A DNA stretch of 64,000 bases, from NCBI GenBank assembly GCA_002494645.1, contig DACE01000031.1, forward strand, positions 7,471 through 71,470, given 5' to 3'. How positions within the stretch are numbered: position 1 is the first letter of the stretch; each line of letters starts with the position of its first letter. Origin of the DNA: Euryarchaeota archaeon UBA256. Its GTDB lineage: Archaea; Thermoplasmatota; Poseidoniia; Poseidoniales; Poseidoniaceae. Of this stretch, positions 15,990 to 25,184 are shown piece by piece. Under the pieces are notes generated by a model. It saw only the letters and a program-made list of their open reading frames with translations, did not search any database and was not told the DNA's origin. Position numbers and translations under genes: made by a program.

Positions 15990-17342
15990 TCATGCAGTTT
16001 GTGAGGCCTTTCGTTGTTCCATTGGGAGAAGCACATAATGGCTCAAAACTCCCGAAATGGGTGATAAAACCAACAGCATCACCATCGCCAACGATGCCGA
16101 ATCTACCATCATAAAGATCAGCAAACCAAGCCCTATGGTGGCGATGGCGAATGAAATAGCCCGCTTTTGCAACACCGTGTTGGTTGATTCAAGACACCAT
16201 GGGAGCAGGAGGTACACGCCTCCTGAAATCGCTAGACCTGGGAGAAGAAGCCAAAACATAACATCGTAAAACGTGCCGAGAATCATAACGATAAGAAGTG
16301 AAAGGCGAAGCCACCATTGTTCGGGGCGATGGGCTGAATCATAGCCGATTGCCGGGAGCAGAAGACCAAGGCAAACAGCCAAGAACATCAGTGAAACGAC
16401 CCTCCATGCAATGAAAAAGGAGCCTGAACCTTGGTTGAAGAGTTCAACTTTAGATGCGATAAGGAAGGCACTCCCAAAGCATATGGTCGCCGTCATGGCC
16501 AAGGTGGCGCCCAGCGTGATACTTTGACGTGGGTGCTGAGAAAGGTGGCCTTCAAGCATCGTTGCTGGGCCGTGGTAAAACGTGATCATGGTGGCATAAA
16601 CGAGAACAATAAAAGCAAATTGGAGCCACGGGTCATGGTCCGGTCGATTCCACCACAGGGGCTCAAAAACTCCGCTCTGTATTACAAAAAACCAAGCCAA
16701 TGGTAGCGCTAGAATCATCTTCATGGTGGCTCGCTTTGCAAGAAGGTTGCATTCATCGCTACGTGAACTGTGAGCGCTTGCGACAATCAACTCTCCGCTC
16801 ATCATAAGAAGAAGAGCAAACAACACCACCGCCCCCAAGACGCTCCAGCCAGAGAGGGTAATGGTCGGGTGTTGCGGAAGGCTGCTCAGCGAGGAATATG
16901 CTGCTTCTGGAAAGAGGACGGTCAAGATGAGTACTGACCACAAGCCCGTATGCACCATCATCCGCTGCTGAACAAATTCTTTTGTTGCTGCAGTTGCGTG
17001 ATTCAAACTCGGTAATCGATGGCACCATAGCGAAAAAAGAAGCAACGCAAGAAAGCCGCCCTCAATCGCGCCCTGACCGGTCATGAGCAATTGGAGCCGC
17101 TCAGCGAAGGTGGCTTGGTCGCCCAAAACCATGACGATTTCATTGTGTGTCGGGTCAAGGTCAAGCAGACCCTTGGCGCGATAAAGAAGGAGACCAAAGG
17201 TGAGGCCAACCGGCGCATAACGAACTATTTGCAACAATCGAGGCCGAGATTGCAAGCTTTCGCGGAGGGTCATGTTCAACACCCAAAGCAAACAGGAAGC
17301 AAACAAAACGGGCAGGTACCATGGCGCCCCGTCTGTCAGCAT
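15990..17342 (-). CDS. polytopic integral membrane protein (hypothetical)
   Basis: 450 aa with about 12 hydrophobic helices. No catalytic motif recognised. Confidence 0.6.
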   Translation of the reverse strand: MLTDGAPWYLPVLFASCLLWVLNMTLRESLQSRPRLLQIVRYAPVGLTFGLLLYRAKGLLDLDPTHNEIVMVLGDQATFAERLQLLMTGQGAIEGGFLALLLFSLWCHRLPSLNHATAATKEFVQQRMMVHTGLWSVLILTVLFPEAAYSSLSSLPQHPTITLSGWSVLGAVVLFALLLMMSGELIVASAHSSRSDECNLLAKRATMKMILALPLAWFFVIQSGVFEPLWWNRPDHDPWLQFAFIVLVYATMITFYHGPATMLEGHLSQHPRQSITLGATLAMTATICFGSAFLIASKVELFNQGSGSFFIAWRVVSLMFLAVCLGLLLPAIGYDSAHRPEQWWLRLSLLIVMILGTFYDVMFWLLLPGLAISGGVYLLLPWCLESTNTVLQKRAISFAIATIGLGLLIFMMVDSASLAMVMLLVLSPISGVLSHYVLLPMEQRKASQTA

Positions 17343-17413
17343 GAACTGGAACGGTCAGCGACACCCTTTCATCGTGGCGGAAGACCCAAAGAGGCCGTTG
17401 ATGAGGCCTCGGT

Positions 17414-19183
17414 GTGAGGGGAGCAACCGATAGGACCGAGGAGCGGCGAACCTATGCAGGTTCATCGTCGCTTACTGCCTTGGTGACTCATCTTGGTAAA
17501 GATGCTGAATCATGGCTCCAATACGCCCTTGAACCTCTTCCCGAGACATTTCGAATAAGTTTACATCGTCACGATCGTGAATGGACCGTTGAACAGGTCA
17601 AAGCCTTGGGGGCAACACCACTGTCTTGGATGCCGGATGAAACGGCCTTTGTCATGCCTTTTGCACGAGGTCGTGCACCGGATGGTTTGGCTCAACGAAT
17701 GATGGCCTTACTCCACGAAACTGGACGGATTACACGGCAGGAAGCGGCCAGCATGCTTCCCGTACGATTGCTCAACCTTACTCCCGAAACACTTGCGCTG
17801 GACATGTGTGCTGCGCCCGGTTCAAAGGCAACCCAACTGGCAGAAGGCCTTCACCCACATGGAGTCGTCGTCGCCAACGAACCTGTGTCGGGCCGGCTCA
17901 ACATGCTGGTGAGCAACCGAAGCCGTTTGGGCGTAGCCAACATGGTGGTAACCCAGCACGACGGGCGTCATTTTGGTCGCCTCCCTCCGCCTGGATTCGA
18001 TGCCATTGTTGCTGATGTCCCATGCACGGGTTCTGCGACAACACGGAAAAACCGTGATGTTTGGTGGGATTGGACACCCAAAGAAGGGCGCAGGATGTTC
18101 AAAATGCAGGTGGACATTGCAATGCGCGGAGCAGCACTGTTAGCAGCGGGCGGGCACATGGTTTACTCCACGTGCAGTATTGACCCAATTGAAAATGAAG
18201 CCGTTGTAGCCGAACTTCTTCGCCGTTGTCCTTACCTGGAACTTCTCCCCATTGACGACTCAGTCTATCCGGGACTTTTGATGCACCCTGGACTTGATTC
18301 ATGGCCGTTATTGGACGAGGACGGTGCTGTAGTGCATGACCTTGAGGCGATGAAGGCACTTCCTTTTTTCTCACCTGCTCACCTACCTCCCACTCTGAGA
18401 AGGAATGAAGCACATGATACTTCAACTGAGGAAGCCGTAGAATCTGCTTTGAAACATTGCCGCCGCTTGTGGCCGATGGATAACGATACAGGTGGATTTT
18501 TCTTAGCGCTCTTCCGTCATCGACATGCGGCTTCCCCCGAAGGTACTGCTCAGGCCTTCCGTTCGAAAAGAGAGCGCCAGCGTGAGCCAGATTGGCAACC
18601 AAAGGTACGAGTCGCTCCAAAACCTACTGTAAATTCAGTCACTCTCGCAGAAGACGAGGTTATGGGTCACGTCATGGGGCTCTACGGTATGGACGCAACG
18701 CCGTATTCAATTTGGCAGCGTGGCAAACGCATGAACCTCGCTCCGCCGATGGTCAAAACCCGTCTGTATGACCAAACTGTGCCGACGAACAAGGGAGACC
18801 TATGGCCGGCTGGAACCTTTCATCCGATGCGTGTTGTTCATGTTGGAATTCCAGCATTCACACTCAAAAAAGATTCATGGCGTTCTCGTCAAGAAGCACT
18901 CTACATGTACGGAAAGGACATGAAAAGCAATGTCTTGGAGGTTTCAGAAGAAGTTTTCATCCGATTGTTGAGGGGATGGGCCCCCTTGCTGGAGGATTTT
19001 GAAACGGTCAGCGGTACGGAATCCCCCCCAGCGGGAGCCTATCTCATTCGTGCCCTCCTGCGAGGCGAAGAAGAAGTTATTTCGGTCTGGGTAGGTGCGC
19101 GGATTACCTTGATGATCGACACCAACGAACAGAATATTCTGCGCCACAAGGCTTCCTTGCCTTGGCGAGATGAGGAGGAGTGA
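17414..19183 (+). CDS. NOL1/NOP2/Sun-family RNA cytosine-C5 methyltransferase
   Basis: LDMCAAPGSKATQLAE (SAM motif I), FDAIVADVPCTGSATTRKN (motif IV, Pro-Cys) and GGHMVYSTCSIDPIENEAVV (motif VI, Thr-Cys). Has a C-terminal PUA-like extension. GTG start. Confidence 0.85.
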   Translation: MRGATDRTEERRTYAGSSSLTALVTHLGKDAESWLQYALEPLPETFRISLHRHDREWTVEQVKALGATPLSWMPDETAFVMPFARGRAPDGLAQRMMALLHETGRITRQEAASMLPVRLLNLTPETLALDMCAAPGSKATQLAEGLHPHGVVVANEPVSGRLNMLVSNRSRLGVANMVVTQHDGRHFGRLPPPGFDAIVADVPCTGSATTRKNRDVWWDWTPKEGRRMFKMQVDIAMRGAALLAAGGHMVYSTCSIDPIENEAVVAELLRRCPYLELLPIDDSVYPGLLMHPGLDSWPLLDEDGAVVHDLEAMKALPFFSPAHLPPTLRRNEAHDTSTEEAVESALKHCRRLWPMDNDTGGFFLALFRHRHAASPEGTAQAFRSKRERQREPDWQPKVRVAPKPTVNSVTLAEDEVMGHVMGLYGMDATPYSIWQRGKRMNLAPPMVKTRLYDQTVPTNKGDLWPAGTFHPMRVVHVGIPAFTLKKDSWRSRQEALYMYGKDMKSNVLEVSEEVFIRLLRGWAPLLEDFETVSGTESPPAGAYLIRALLRGEEEVISVWVGARITLMIDTNEQNILRHKASLPWRDEEE

Positions 19184-19185
19184 GT

Positions 19186-20337
19186 ATGAATTCCAAAACA
19201 CGCCGACTCTTCATCGCATGTGCTCTCTTCGCTCTTATCCTTCCCGTCGCCGCTCAAAGTCTCACCATCCATGCGGAAGCACCGCTTGATGATGCTCCTC
19301 AATCCGTTTTGGAGGAATTCTTCATCACAGAAGATTCCGGCGCGATACCTACCTCTTCGGTCGACTCCATCCGTTGGAATTGGTGGTGTTGGAGTGAGGA
19401 AACTGGTTCAGATTGGCCTGATGATGATGGAATTTACCGACGCGATTATCTCGGTGTCAACGCCAGTGTTGATGCCGATAACCTCCTCATTGAGCACCGA
19501 GTCGACCCCGACGAAGTCTATGTCGAAATGGAGGGCGAGGTGAAAGTGGTTACGGGAGATGAGAACATCCGTTTTGTCCAATTCCATCTTGACATCACCC
19601 CATTGGTGAATCTCTCCAACCAAGCTCTGCTCTACATTGTCCTCACTGAGGATATTGCGCGGGACCATCACGGGCGTGAGGCGGTTCAACTGGTGCGTGA
19701 AATGCGCCCTGAGGTCGGTTTTTCTCTCAAGGCATTGAATACTTCAAGTGTGGTCTATGAGTTGCCCTCGGACCATTTGGAAGCCGCAGGTGTTGACCTT
19801 GAAGAGGAGCCTACTGGTTGGTCATACACTCTTGCTCTCTTTGGCGAAGTTGACAACACCACCGAACAACATCAACTGCTGATGTTGCGTCACGGCAACC
19901 TACCTACGCCCTATCTGCACACAACACCAAGTCAGCAATGGATGCCTCTTGCTTTCTCGGCCGTAGCCATTATCATCGCCGCTACTGTAGTCTCAAATGC
20001 CCGAAAGCGTGAATTGATGATTCCCCAAATCACAACGGGTTGGAATGATAGCGATATGCTCGCCGTTACCGTACGAATTCGTGCTGGAGCAACTGGTTTT
20101 TCCATCACCGATTGGAAGGTAGTAGAACCCTGGTTGCTGCGAGGACGCCCTCCAAAAGCCAGCCTCCTTCCACATGAGGAAAAGTCATTCAACCTCTCGT
20201 TCAAGCATGCAGAAAATGAGGATTGTCACATTGAAGTTGGCCTTGACCTCGATGAACTTGGAGCATGGCGCCAACACATTTGGTTGCCTCATGCTGCCAC
20301 GACCAACGAGCTCGTGACGAGTGAAGCAGACGCGTAA
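19186..20337 (+). CDS. secreted, membrane-anchored protein (hypothetical)
   Basis: GAGGAGGAG lies 6 nt upstream of ATG 19186. Signal peptide is MNSKTRRLFIACALFALILPVAAQS. Internal TM is MPLAFSAVAIIIAATVV. The start region overlaps the stop of the upstream methyltransferase gene. Confidence 0.55.
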   Translation: MNSKTRRLFIACALFALILPVAAQSLTIHAEAPLDDAPQSVLEEFFITEDSGAIPTSSVDSIRWNWWCWSEETGSDWPDDDGIYRRDYLGVNASVDADNLLIEHRVDPDEVYVEMEGEVKVVTGDENIRFVQFHLDITPLVNLSNQALLYIVLTEDIARDHHGREAVQLVREMRPEVGFSLKALNTSSVVYELPSDHLEAAGVDLEEEPTGWSYTLALFGEVDNTTEQHQLLMLRHGNLPTPYLHTTPSQQWMPLAFSAVAIIIAATVVSNARKRELMIPQITTGWNDSDMLAVTVRIRAGATGFSITDWKVVEPWLLRGRPPKASLLPHEEKSFNLSFKHAENEDCHIEVGLDLDELGAWRQHIWLPHAATTNELVTSEADA

Positions 20338-20369
20338 AAGCGTTGAAGTTCATGAGAGGTGAGCCGAGC

Positions 20370-20849
20370 ATGAGTACCATGCTATTGGACGATACTGACC
20401 GGAAACTTTTGGCACTGCTTCAAACCGATGCGCGTGCCAGCCATCGACAATTAGCCCGTGACATGGGGGTTGCCCAAGGAACAGTGACCAACCGCCTCAA
20501 GCGCTTGGAGAATGCAGGTGTGATTCAGGGTTATAGTGCCGTGCTCAATCCAGCCTATGTTGGATGGTCGATGACCGTCATGGCGGGACTTCGCATTTTC
20601 AAAGGAAAAATGATCGACGTACAGCAAAAAATTGCTGCTGACACGCGTGTGTTCGCAGTATACGATGTCACAGGTGACTGGGATTCTATCGTGCTCGCCC
20701 GAGTTCAAAATCGAGAGGACCTTGACAATCTTACCAAAACGGTCTTCACGCTTGAAGGCGTTGAACGCTCCTACACTCACGTTGTTCTCAATACCGTCAA
20801 AGAAGATGCGTTGCCTCAGCCCGCACCGTCATCAACCAAGTCGTCGTAG
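20370..20849 (+). CDS. lrp: Lrp/AsnC family transcriptional regulator
   Basis: LDDTDRKLLALLQTDARASHRQLARDMGVAQGTVTNRLKRLENAGVIQGY is the HTH_AsnC region, followed by a RAM domain. ATG 20370 is preceded by GGTGAG. Confidence 0.8.
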   Translation: MSTMLLDDTDRKLLALLQTDARASHRQLARDMGVAQGTVTNRLKRLENAGVIQGYSAVLNPAYVGWSMTVMAGLRIFKGKMIDVQQKIAADTRVFAVYDVTGDWDSIVLARVQNREDLDNLTKTVFTLEGVERSYTHVVLNTVKEDALPQPAPSSTKSS

Positions 20850-21313
20850 GCATCGATGAGGGGTGCGAGAACCTCAGCCAATCCCGAAAGACCCTCGACG
20901 ACCGTTGTTTCTGGCTTGAGGCATTTCATGAGTGTTCTGCGAAGGCTTTCGTCAAACCGAACGTCGAGCGATTCCAAATTCCGACGGCACGTGCTTTGCA
21001 GTCGGCCTCCTGTTCGGTCCCAATCCATCAGCAAGACGAGTGTTGTCCCGCCATCCATTGCATTTCGGCGACCGTATGTTTCCACCATGTAGACCAACAC
21101 ATCGTCAACACGCCACCCACGATTTAGCACCTCGATGGGGCCTGTAAAACCAAGCCGTTCAAGAGCCTCGCGGTCTCGACGACCTTCAACGAGGATGGCG
21201 CAAGCCTGCACGCGATTGCGACGGCGGCATTCCGCCAAAGAAAAGGCTGCTTTCAGCCAACGCTCTTCCGCTTGAGCAGAGCCTCGTCCCGGGCCGTGAA
21301 AGGACGTCGTCAC
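20816..21313 (-). CDS. Toprim domain protein (small primase-like / RNase M5-like)
   Basis: AILVEGRRDREALERLGF carries the Toprim Glu. LVLLMDWDRTGGRL is the DxD-type motif. The ATGA start/stop overlap with the upstream YggU-like gene indicates an operon. Confidence 0.65.
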   Translation of the reverse strand: MTTSFHGPGRGSAQAEERWLKAAFSLAECRRRNRVQACAILVEGRRDREALERLGFTGPIEVLNRGWRVDDVLVYMVETYGRRNAMDGGTTLVLLMDWDRTGGRLQSTCRRNLESLDVRFDESLRRTLMKCLKPETTVVEGLSGLAEVLAPLIDAYDDLVDDGAG

Positions 21314-21633
21314 TGAATTGCCTCCAACAGTAACCTGATTCGCTCAAGGATTTCGGTATGCGTCGCATTCGTGATTCGCAGTGATTTTTGCTTCGAGCGA
21401 AACCCAGTGCGAACCTCAATTTGTCCTGTCTCGAGACCGAATTGAGATGCGAGGACATGGACGAGCGCTTGGTTGGCTTGCCCTTGTTTGGCTTCTGCTC
21501 GTACCGCAACCGTGAGACGGGCTCTCCATTCATTGTATCCCGTCACGCCCTGACGGCTTGACCCGGGTTGAACCTCGACATCCAACACGACAGCCCCGTC
21601 GAGGCTTGGAGTCAGACATCCTCCCAGGTCCAT
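21310..21633 (-). CDS. YggU/DUF167 (UPF0235) family protein
   Basis: LDVEVQPGSSRQGVTGYNEWRARLTVAVRAEAKQGQANQALVHVLASQFGL...IEVRTGFRSKQKSLRI follows the DUF167 pattern (V.P.a...i.G.....l.v.v.A.P..G.AN.al...La......v.i..G..sr.K.v.i). Confidence 0.7.
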   Translation of the reverse strand: MDLGGCLTPSLDGAVVLDVEVQPGSSRQGVTGYNEWRARLTVAVRAEAKQGQANQALVHVLASQFGLETGQIEVRTGFRSKQKSLRITNATHTEILERIRLLLEAIQ

Positions 21634-21704
21634 GGTATGTTGAAGGAGAGGAGGTTCATTAGCATCGCCCGCTTCTTTTCGCCGAGCAGAAAAATCTGTG
21701 CGCG

Positions 21705-21770
21705 AATGAGGTCTTTTTGTATCAATGAGGGCGCGAAAAAGGGGCCTGCTGAGAAGTAGGGTGAATGAGG
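21705..21770 (+). promoter_or_regulatory. three exact copies of AATGAGG upstream of the cox operon
   Basis: AATGAGG occurs at 21705-21711, 21724-21730 and 21764-21770. The first two copies are flanked by GCGCG (GCGCGAATGAGG / AATGAGGGCGCG). The repeats lie 77-142 nt upstream of the coxB GTG start. Confidence 0.3.
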
Positions 21771-21846
21771 AAAGGAGGGGCGATTCTAGCCCTTGCCGAC
21801 AAACGCTTAAGGGGGGGCTATGTTGCCCGATAGTTAGGGTGGTTGT

Positions 21847-22839
21847 GTGGTCGCGGAAGATACGGTATTCACTGTTCTCTATGATAAATTCATGTTCTGG
21901 TCCATTATCGTCGGTATTTTCACCTTCGGATGGCTCTTCTTAGCCATCTTGCGATACCGAGACGGTGTTGAGCCGGATACAACGCATATCGACCACATTG
22001 AAGTCGGTTCGTTCCCCGTTGACCGCCATAATACCGCTATTGAAACACTGTTTTACGTCCTCCCAACCGTGATTATCGCTTGGTTACTCGTTCTCGCTCT
22101 TTCATCCAATACCGCCGTCTGGGTCATTCCCGATGCAGAGGATGCCCATGACATGAAAATTTATGGAAAACAATGGTTCTGGGAATTTGAATATGTTGAC
22201 TCACTCACCTGGGAAGACGACCCGTCTATGACCGGTATTGATGTCGACTGGTCTGGAACAACGCTCGTCATCAACGCGGGCTCCAGTGGGGCGGTCAATG
22301 CCACCTACGACAATAACGGTAACACGGGTGTTGTCCCCCTTGACCAATTGACCGGGCAAGGCCAAGAAGAGGTTGTCATCCAGACTCGAGAATTTGGTTT
22401 GGTGGAGGTCACCGATGCCGAAGGTGAGGTCCTTCACACGTGGATGCACATCCCCGAGGGCCATATTTTCTCATCAGCATTGAGCGAAGACATGATTTTG
22501 CCGTGTGACGAAGACGTTGTCTTTGAAATGCATTCGAAACCATCTGACGATTCCAACCCGAATTATGTTGGCGTCCAACATTCATTTTGGCTCCCAGAAT
22601 GGGGGGTCAAGGAAGACTTGGTCCCTGGACTTGAGGGTGGCACCTACATGACCATCATGGCCGATGACCCCGGAACATTCCCCATCCGTTGTGCAGAATA
22701 CTGCGGAAACCAACACTCTATGATGTACGGTCAAGTGACGATCGTCGCTGCAGAAGGATCTGATTGTTCAGTGGACACTGGAGTAAAGAAAACATCTGAC
22801 GCAGGAACTTCGGGCGGAAGCTCGGGAGGCGGTTACTGA
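21847..22839 (+). CDS. coxB: cytochrome c oxidase subunit II (CuA) with insertion in the periplasmic domain
   Basis: Two N-terminal TMs, then KQWFWEFEY. CuA ligands are VQHSFWLPE and CAEYCGNQHSMMYG (C-x3-C-x3-H-x2-M). About 95 extra aa lie between the QW box and the cupredoxin core. GTG start. Confidence 0.85.
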   Translation: MVAEDTVFTVLYDKFMFWSIIVGIFTFGWLFLAILRYRDGVEPDTTHIDHIEVGSFPVDRHNTAIETLFYVLPTVIIAWLLVLALSSNTAVWVIPDAEDAHDMKIYGKQWFWEFEYVDSLTWEDDPSMTGIDVDWSGTTLVINAGSSGAVNATYDNNGNTGVVPLDQLTGQGQEEVVIQTREFGLVEVTDAEGEVLHTWMHIPEGHIFSSALSEDMILPCDEDVVFEMHSKPSDDSNPNYVGVQHSFWLPEWGVKEDLVPGLEGGTYMTIMADDPGTFPIRCAEYCGNQHSMMYGQVTIVAAEGSDCSVDTGVKKTSDAGTSGGSSGGGY

Positions 22840-25184
22840 TGCGCTCCCGTGCAATCGTACTACTCGGCGTCATGCTCGTTGCGTTGATGGCAGCACCCCA
22901 ATTTACAGCAGCCCCTGGCGGTATCGGCTCTGCTGGAGACCAAGGTTGTTCATGCCACGGTGGAGCATCAGCGGACACGAGTGTACTTGTCGATGGCTTG
23001 CCCGAGGTGTACAACTCCAGCGAGACCTACACCTTCACCGTGACCGTTGTGAACGACGCAATGGCACTTCACAACGGTGGCAGCACCGAAGGAGAAGATC
23101 CGTGGAACGGCCGTGCGGGTGGTTTCAGAATCCTCGTTTCACACGGCAGCGTGACCGCTGTCCCTGATACACTCAGTCAAGTCATGGACGGAGGACTCAC
23201 GCACACTGAAGAAGCGAACACCCTTCGTTCGTGGACCTTTGAGTGGACTGCACCCGCCGCTGACGACCTCAACGTGGAAATGACCGTTTACGGCAATGCA
23301 GTCAACGGTGGAGCAGGTTCTGGCGGTGATATGTGGAACCAAGCCAATCTCGCCATTCCCGGCATCAACGCTGGCGTCACCGCCCCAAGTGCAAGTGCGC
23401 TCATCATCTTCCTTACGTCCATTGGGTTGGCAGTAGGTCTGATCTTCATCGGCATTCTGTGGGTCTTCTACCGAAATTCACCAGATACATTCACCATGGA
23501 GCGTTTCTGGGGCTTCCTCAAGCCTTGGTTGACCACAACTGACCACAAAGAAGTCGGAATCATGTACTTCCTCTTCGGATTCTTCTTCTTCCTTGTTGGC
23601 GGATTACTCGCCTTGCTCTTCCGTATTCAACTCTCACTTCCTGAGAATGATTTCCTCACCTACGACGAATACAACTCCTTCTTCACCCTTCACGGAACCA
23701 CCATGATTTTCCTTGCCGCCATGCCAATGATTGCGGGCTTCATGAATTATGTCTTGCCTCTGCAGATTGGCGCCAAAGATTTGGCCTTCCCCCGTATCAA
23801 CGCCATGGGGCTTTGGCTCCTTGTCTTCTCTGCACCGCTTATCTTCACCGGCATTTGGTCTGGTGAAGGTGCCGACATCACATGGGTCATGTATCCTCCT
23901 TATTCATCACTAACTGAAGCCAATCTCGGATCAACGCTCGCCGATTATGGTTCGAATCCGGGTACGACTGCCTTTATCTCAGGCATGCTCATGCTGGGCG
24001 CTTCATCGACGCTGGGTGGTGTGAACTTCATCACCACCGTGTTCACCATGCGTGCACCTGGCGTGACCTGGATGAAGATGCCACTCTTCTCGTGGTCTGT
24101 GTTCATCAGCGTGTTCATGCTCTTCATGTCCTTGCCCGCCCTCATCATCGGTGTTGCTTTCTTGCTCTTTGACCACACCATCGGCACACAATTCTTCGTG
24201 GCCGGTGGCGACCCACTCTTGTTCCAACACCTGTTCTGGTTCTTTGGTCACCCCGAAGTCTACGTGGTCATCGTACCTGCGTTCGGTATCGTATCAGAAG
24301 TGCTGGCCACCTCAGCACGTCGCTCCATCTTCGGCTACAAATCAATGGTTCTGGCCATGGCTGGTATCGGTATTGTCGGCTTCGTTGTTTGGGGCCACCA
24401 CATGCTCACGTCCGGTATGGACCCCTTCTGGCGAGCCGCATTCATGGTGATGACCATGTTGGTCGCGATTCCAACGGGAGCTAAAATCTTCAATTGGCTG
24501 GCGACCCTTTGGGGTGGATCTTTGGTGATGAAAACGCACACGCTGTGGTCACTGGGTTTCCTCGTGACTTTCACGCTCGGTGGTATCTCTGGTATGTTCT
24601 TCCCGGTTGCAGGCCTTGACATCCACTTCCATGATTCATACTTCGTTGTGGCCCACTTCCACTACGTCTTCATCGGTGGTACTGTCTTCGCTCTGTTCTC
24701 AGCAGTGTATTACTGGTACCCCAAGGCTACAGGACGTAAACTCAACGAGACCCTTGGCTTGTGGCATTTCCTCATCGGCTTTGCATCCTACAATGCAGCC
24801 TTCTGGCCCATGCACGCATTGGGTATCATGGGCATGCCCCGGAGGACACATACCTACACTATCGAGTCCGGTTTTGCGGAGTATAACATGGCCGTCTCGA
24901 CCTTTGCCTTCATCTTCGGAATCAGTCAGATTCTCTTGGTGTGGAACATCATTTACTCGGCTCGTCGCGGAGAACCCGTTGAAAACGACCCGTGGGGCGG
25001 TTGGTCGCTGGAATGGTCAACTACCTCCCCACCACCCACACCTTCTTTCAAGGACATTCCAATCCAAGGAGACATGAACGAACTCTACGGCCACCACAAG
25101 GACAAGTCGGAATCACTTGTTGATAAATACCTCAAAGCAGAACCGAAGGCGGTTGTTGTAGGCCAACTGGAGGGAGAAGAATGA
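22839..25184 (+). CDS. coxA: cytochrome c oxidase subunit I fused to an N-terminal secreted domain plus an extra TM helix
   Basis: The canonical core runs from WLTTTDHKEVGIMYF through WFFGHPEVYVVIVPAFG to HFHYVFIGG. It is preceded by a signal peptide, an extracytoplasmic domain of about 165 aa and one TM. The ATG overlaps the coxB TGA (TGATG). Confidence 0.9.
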   Translation: MRSRAIVLLGVMLVALMAAPQFTAAPGGIGSAGDQGCSCHGGASADTSVLVDGLPEVYNSSETYTFTVTVVNDAMALHNGGSTEGEDPWNGRAGGFRILVSHGSVTAVPDTLSQVMDGGLTHTEEANTLRSWTFEWTAPAADDLNVEMTVYGNAVNGGAGSGGDMWNQANLAIPGINAGVTAPSASALIIFLTSIGLAVGLIFIGILWVFYRNSPDTFTMERFWGFLKPWLTTTDHKEVGIMYFLFGFFFFLVGGLLALLFRIQLSLPENDFLTYDEYNSFFTLHGTTMIFLAAMPMIAGFMNYVLPLQIGAKDLAFPRINAMGLWLLVFSAPLIFTGIWSGEGADITWVMYPPYSSLTEANLGSTLADYGSNPGTTAFISGMLMLGASSTLGGVNFITTVFTMRAPGVTWMKMPLFSWSVFISVFMLFMSLPALIIGVAFLLFDHTIGTQFFVAGGDPLLFQHLFWFFGHPEVYVVIVPAFGIVSEVLATSARRSIFGYKSMVLAMAGIGIVGFVVWGHHMLTSGMDPFWRAAFMVMTMLVAIPTGAKIFNWLATLWGGSLVMKTHTLWSLGFLVTFTLGGISGMFFPVAGLDIHFHDSYFVVAHFHYVFIGGTVFALFSAVYYWYPKATGRKLNETLGLWHFLIGFASYNAAFWPMHALGIMGMPRRTHTYTIESGFAEYNMAVSTFAFIFGISQILLVWNIIYSARRGEPVENDPWGGWSLEWSTTSPPPTPSFKDIPIQGDMNELYGHHKDKSESLVDKYLKAEPKAVVVGQLEGEE

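Noticed and set aside
15938-16036. N-terminal extension of ORF 15548..16036 overlapping the 3' end of the membrane protein gene 15990..17342.
   Set aside because: An internal ATG at 15937 gives a non-overlapping gene, and the extension has no features. I trimmed the start rather than calling an overlap.
22947-22958. C-S-C-H in the CoxI N-terminal domain as a heme c attachment site.
   Set aside because: Canonical covalent heme binding needs CxxCH (rarely CxxxCH, CxxxxCH or CxxCK). CxCH has the wrong spacing, and no cytochrome c maturation genes are visible in the window. It is kept only as a possible metal or disulfide motif.
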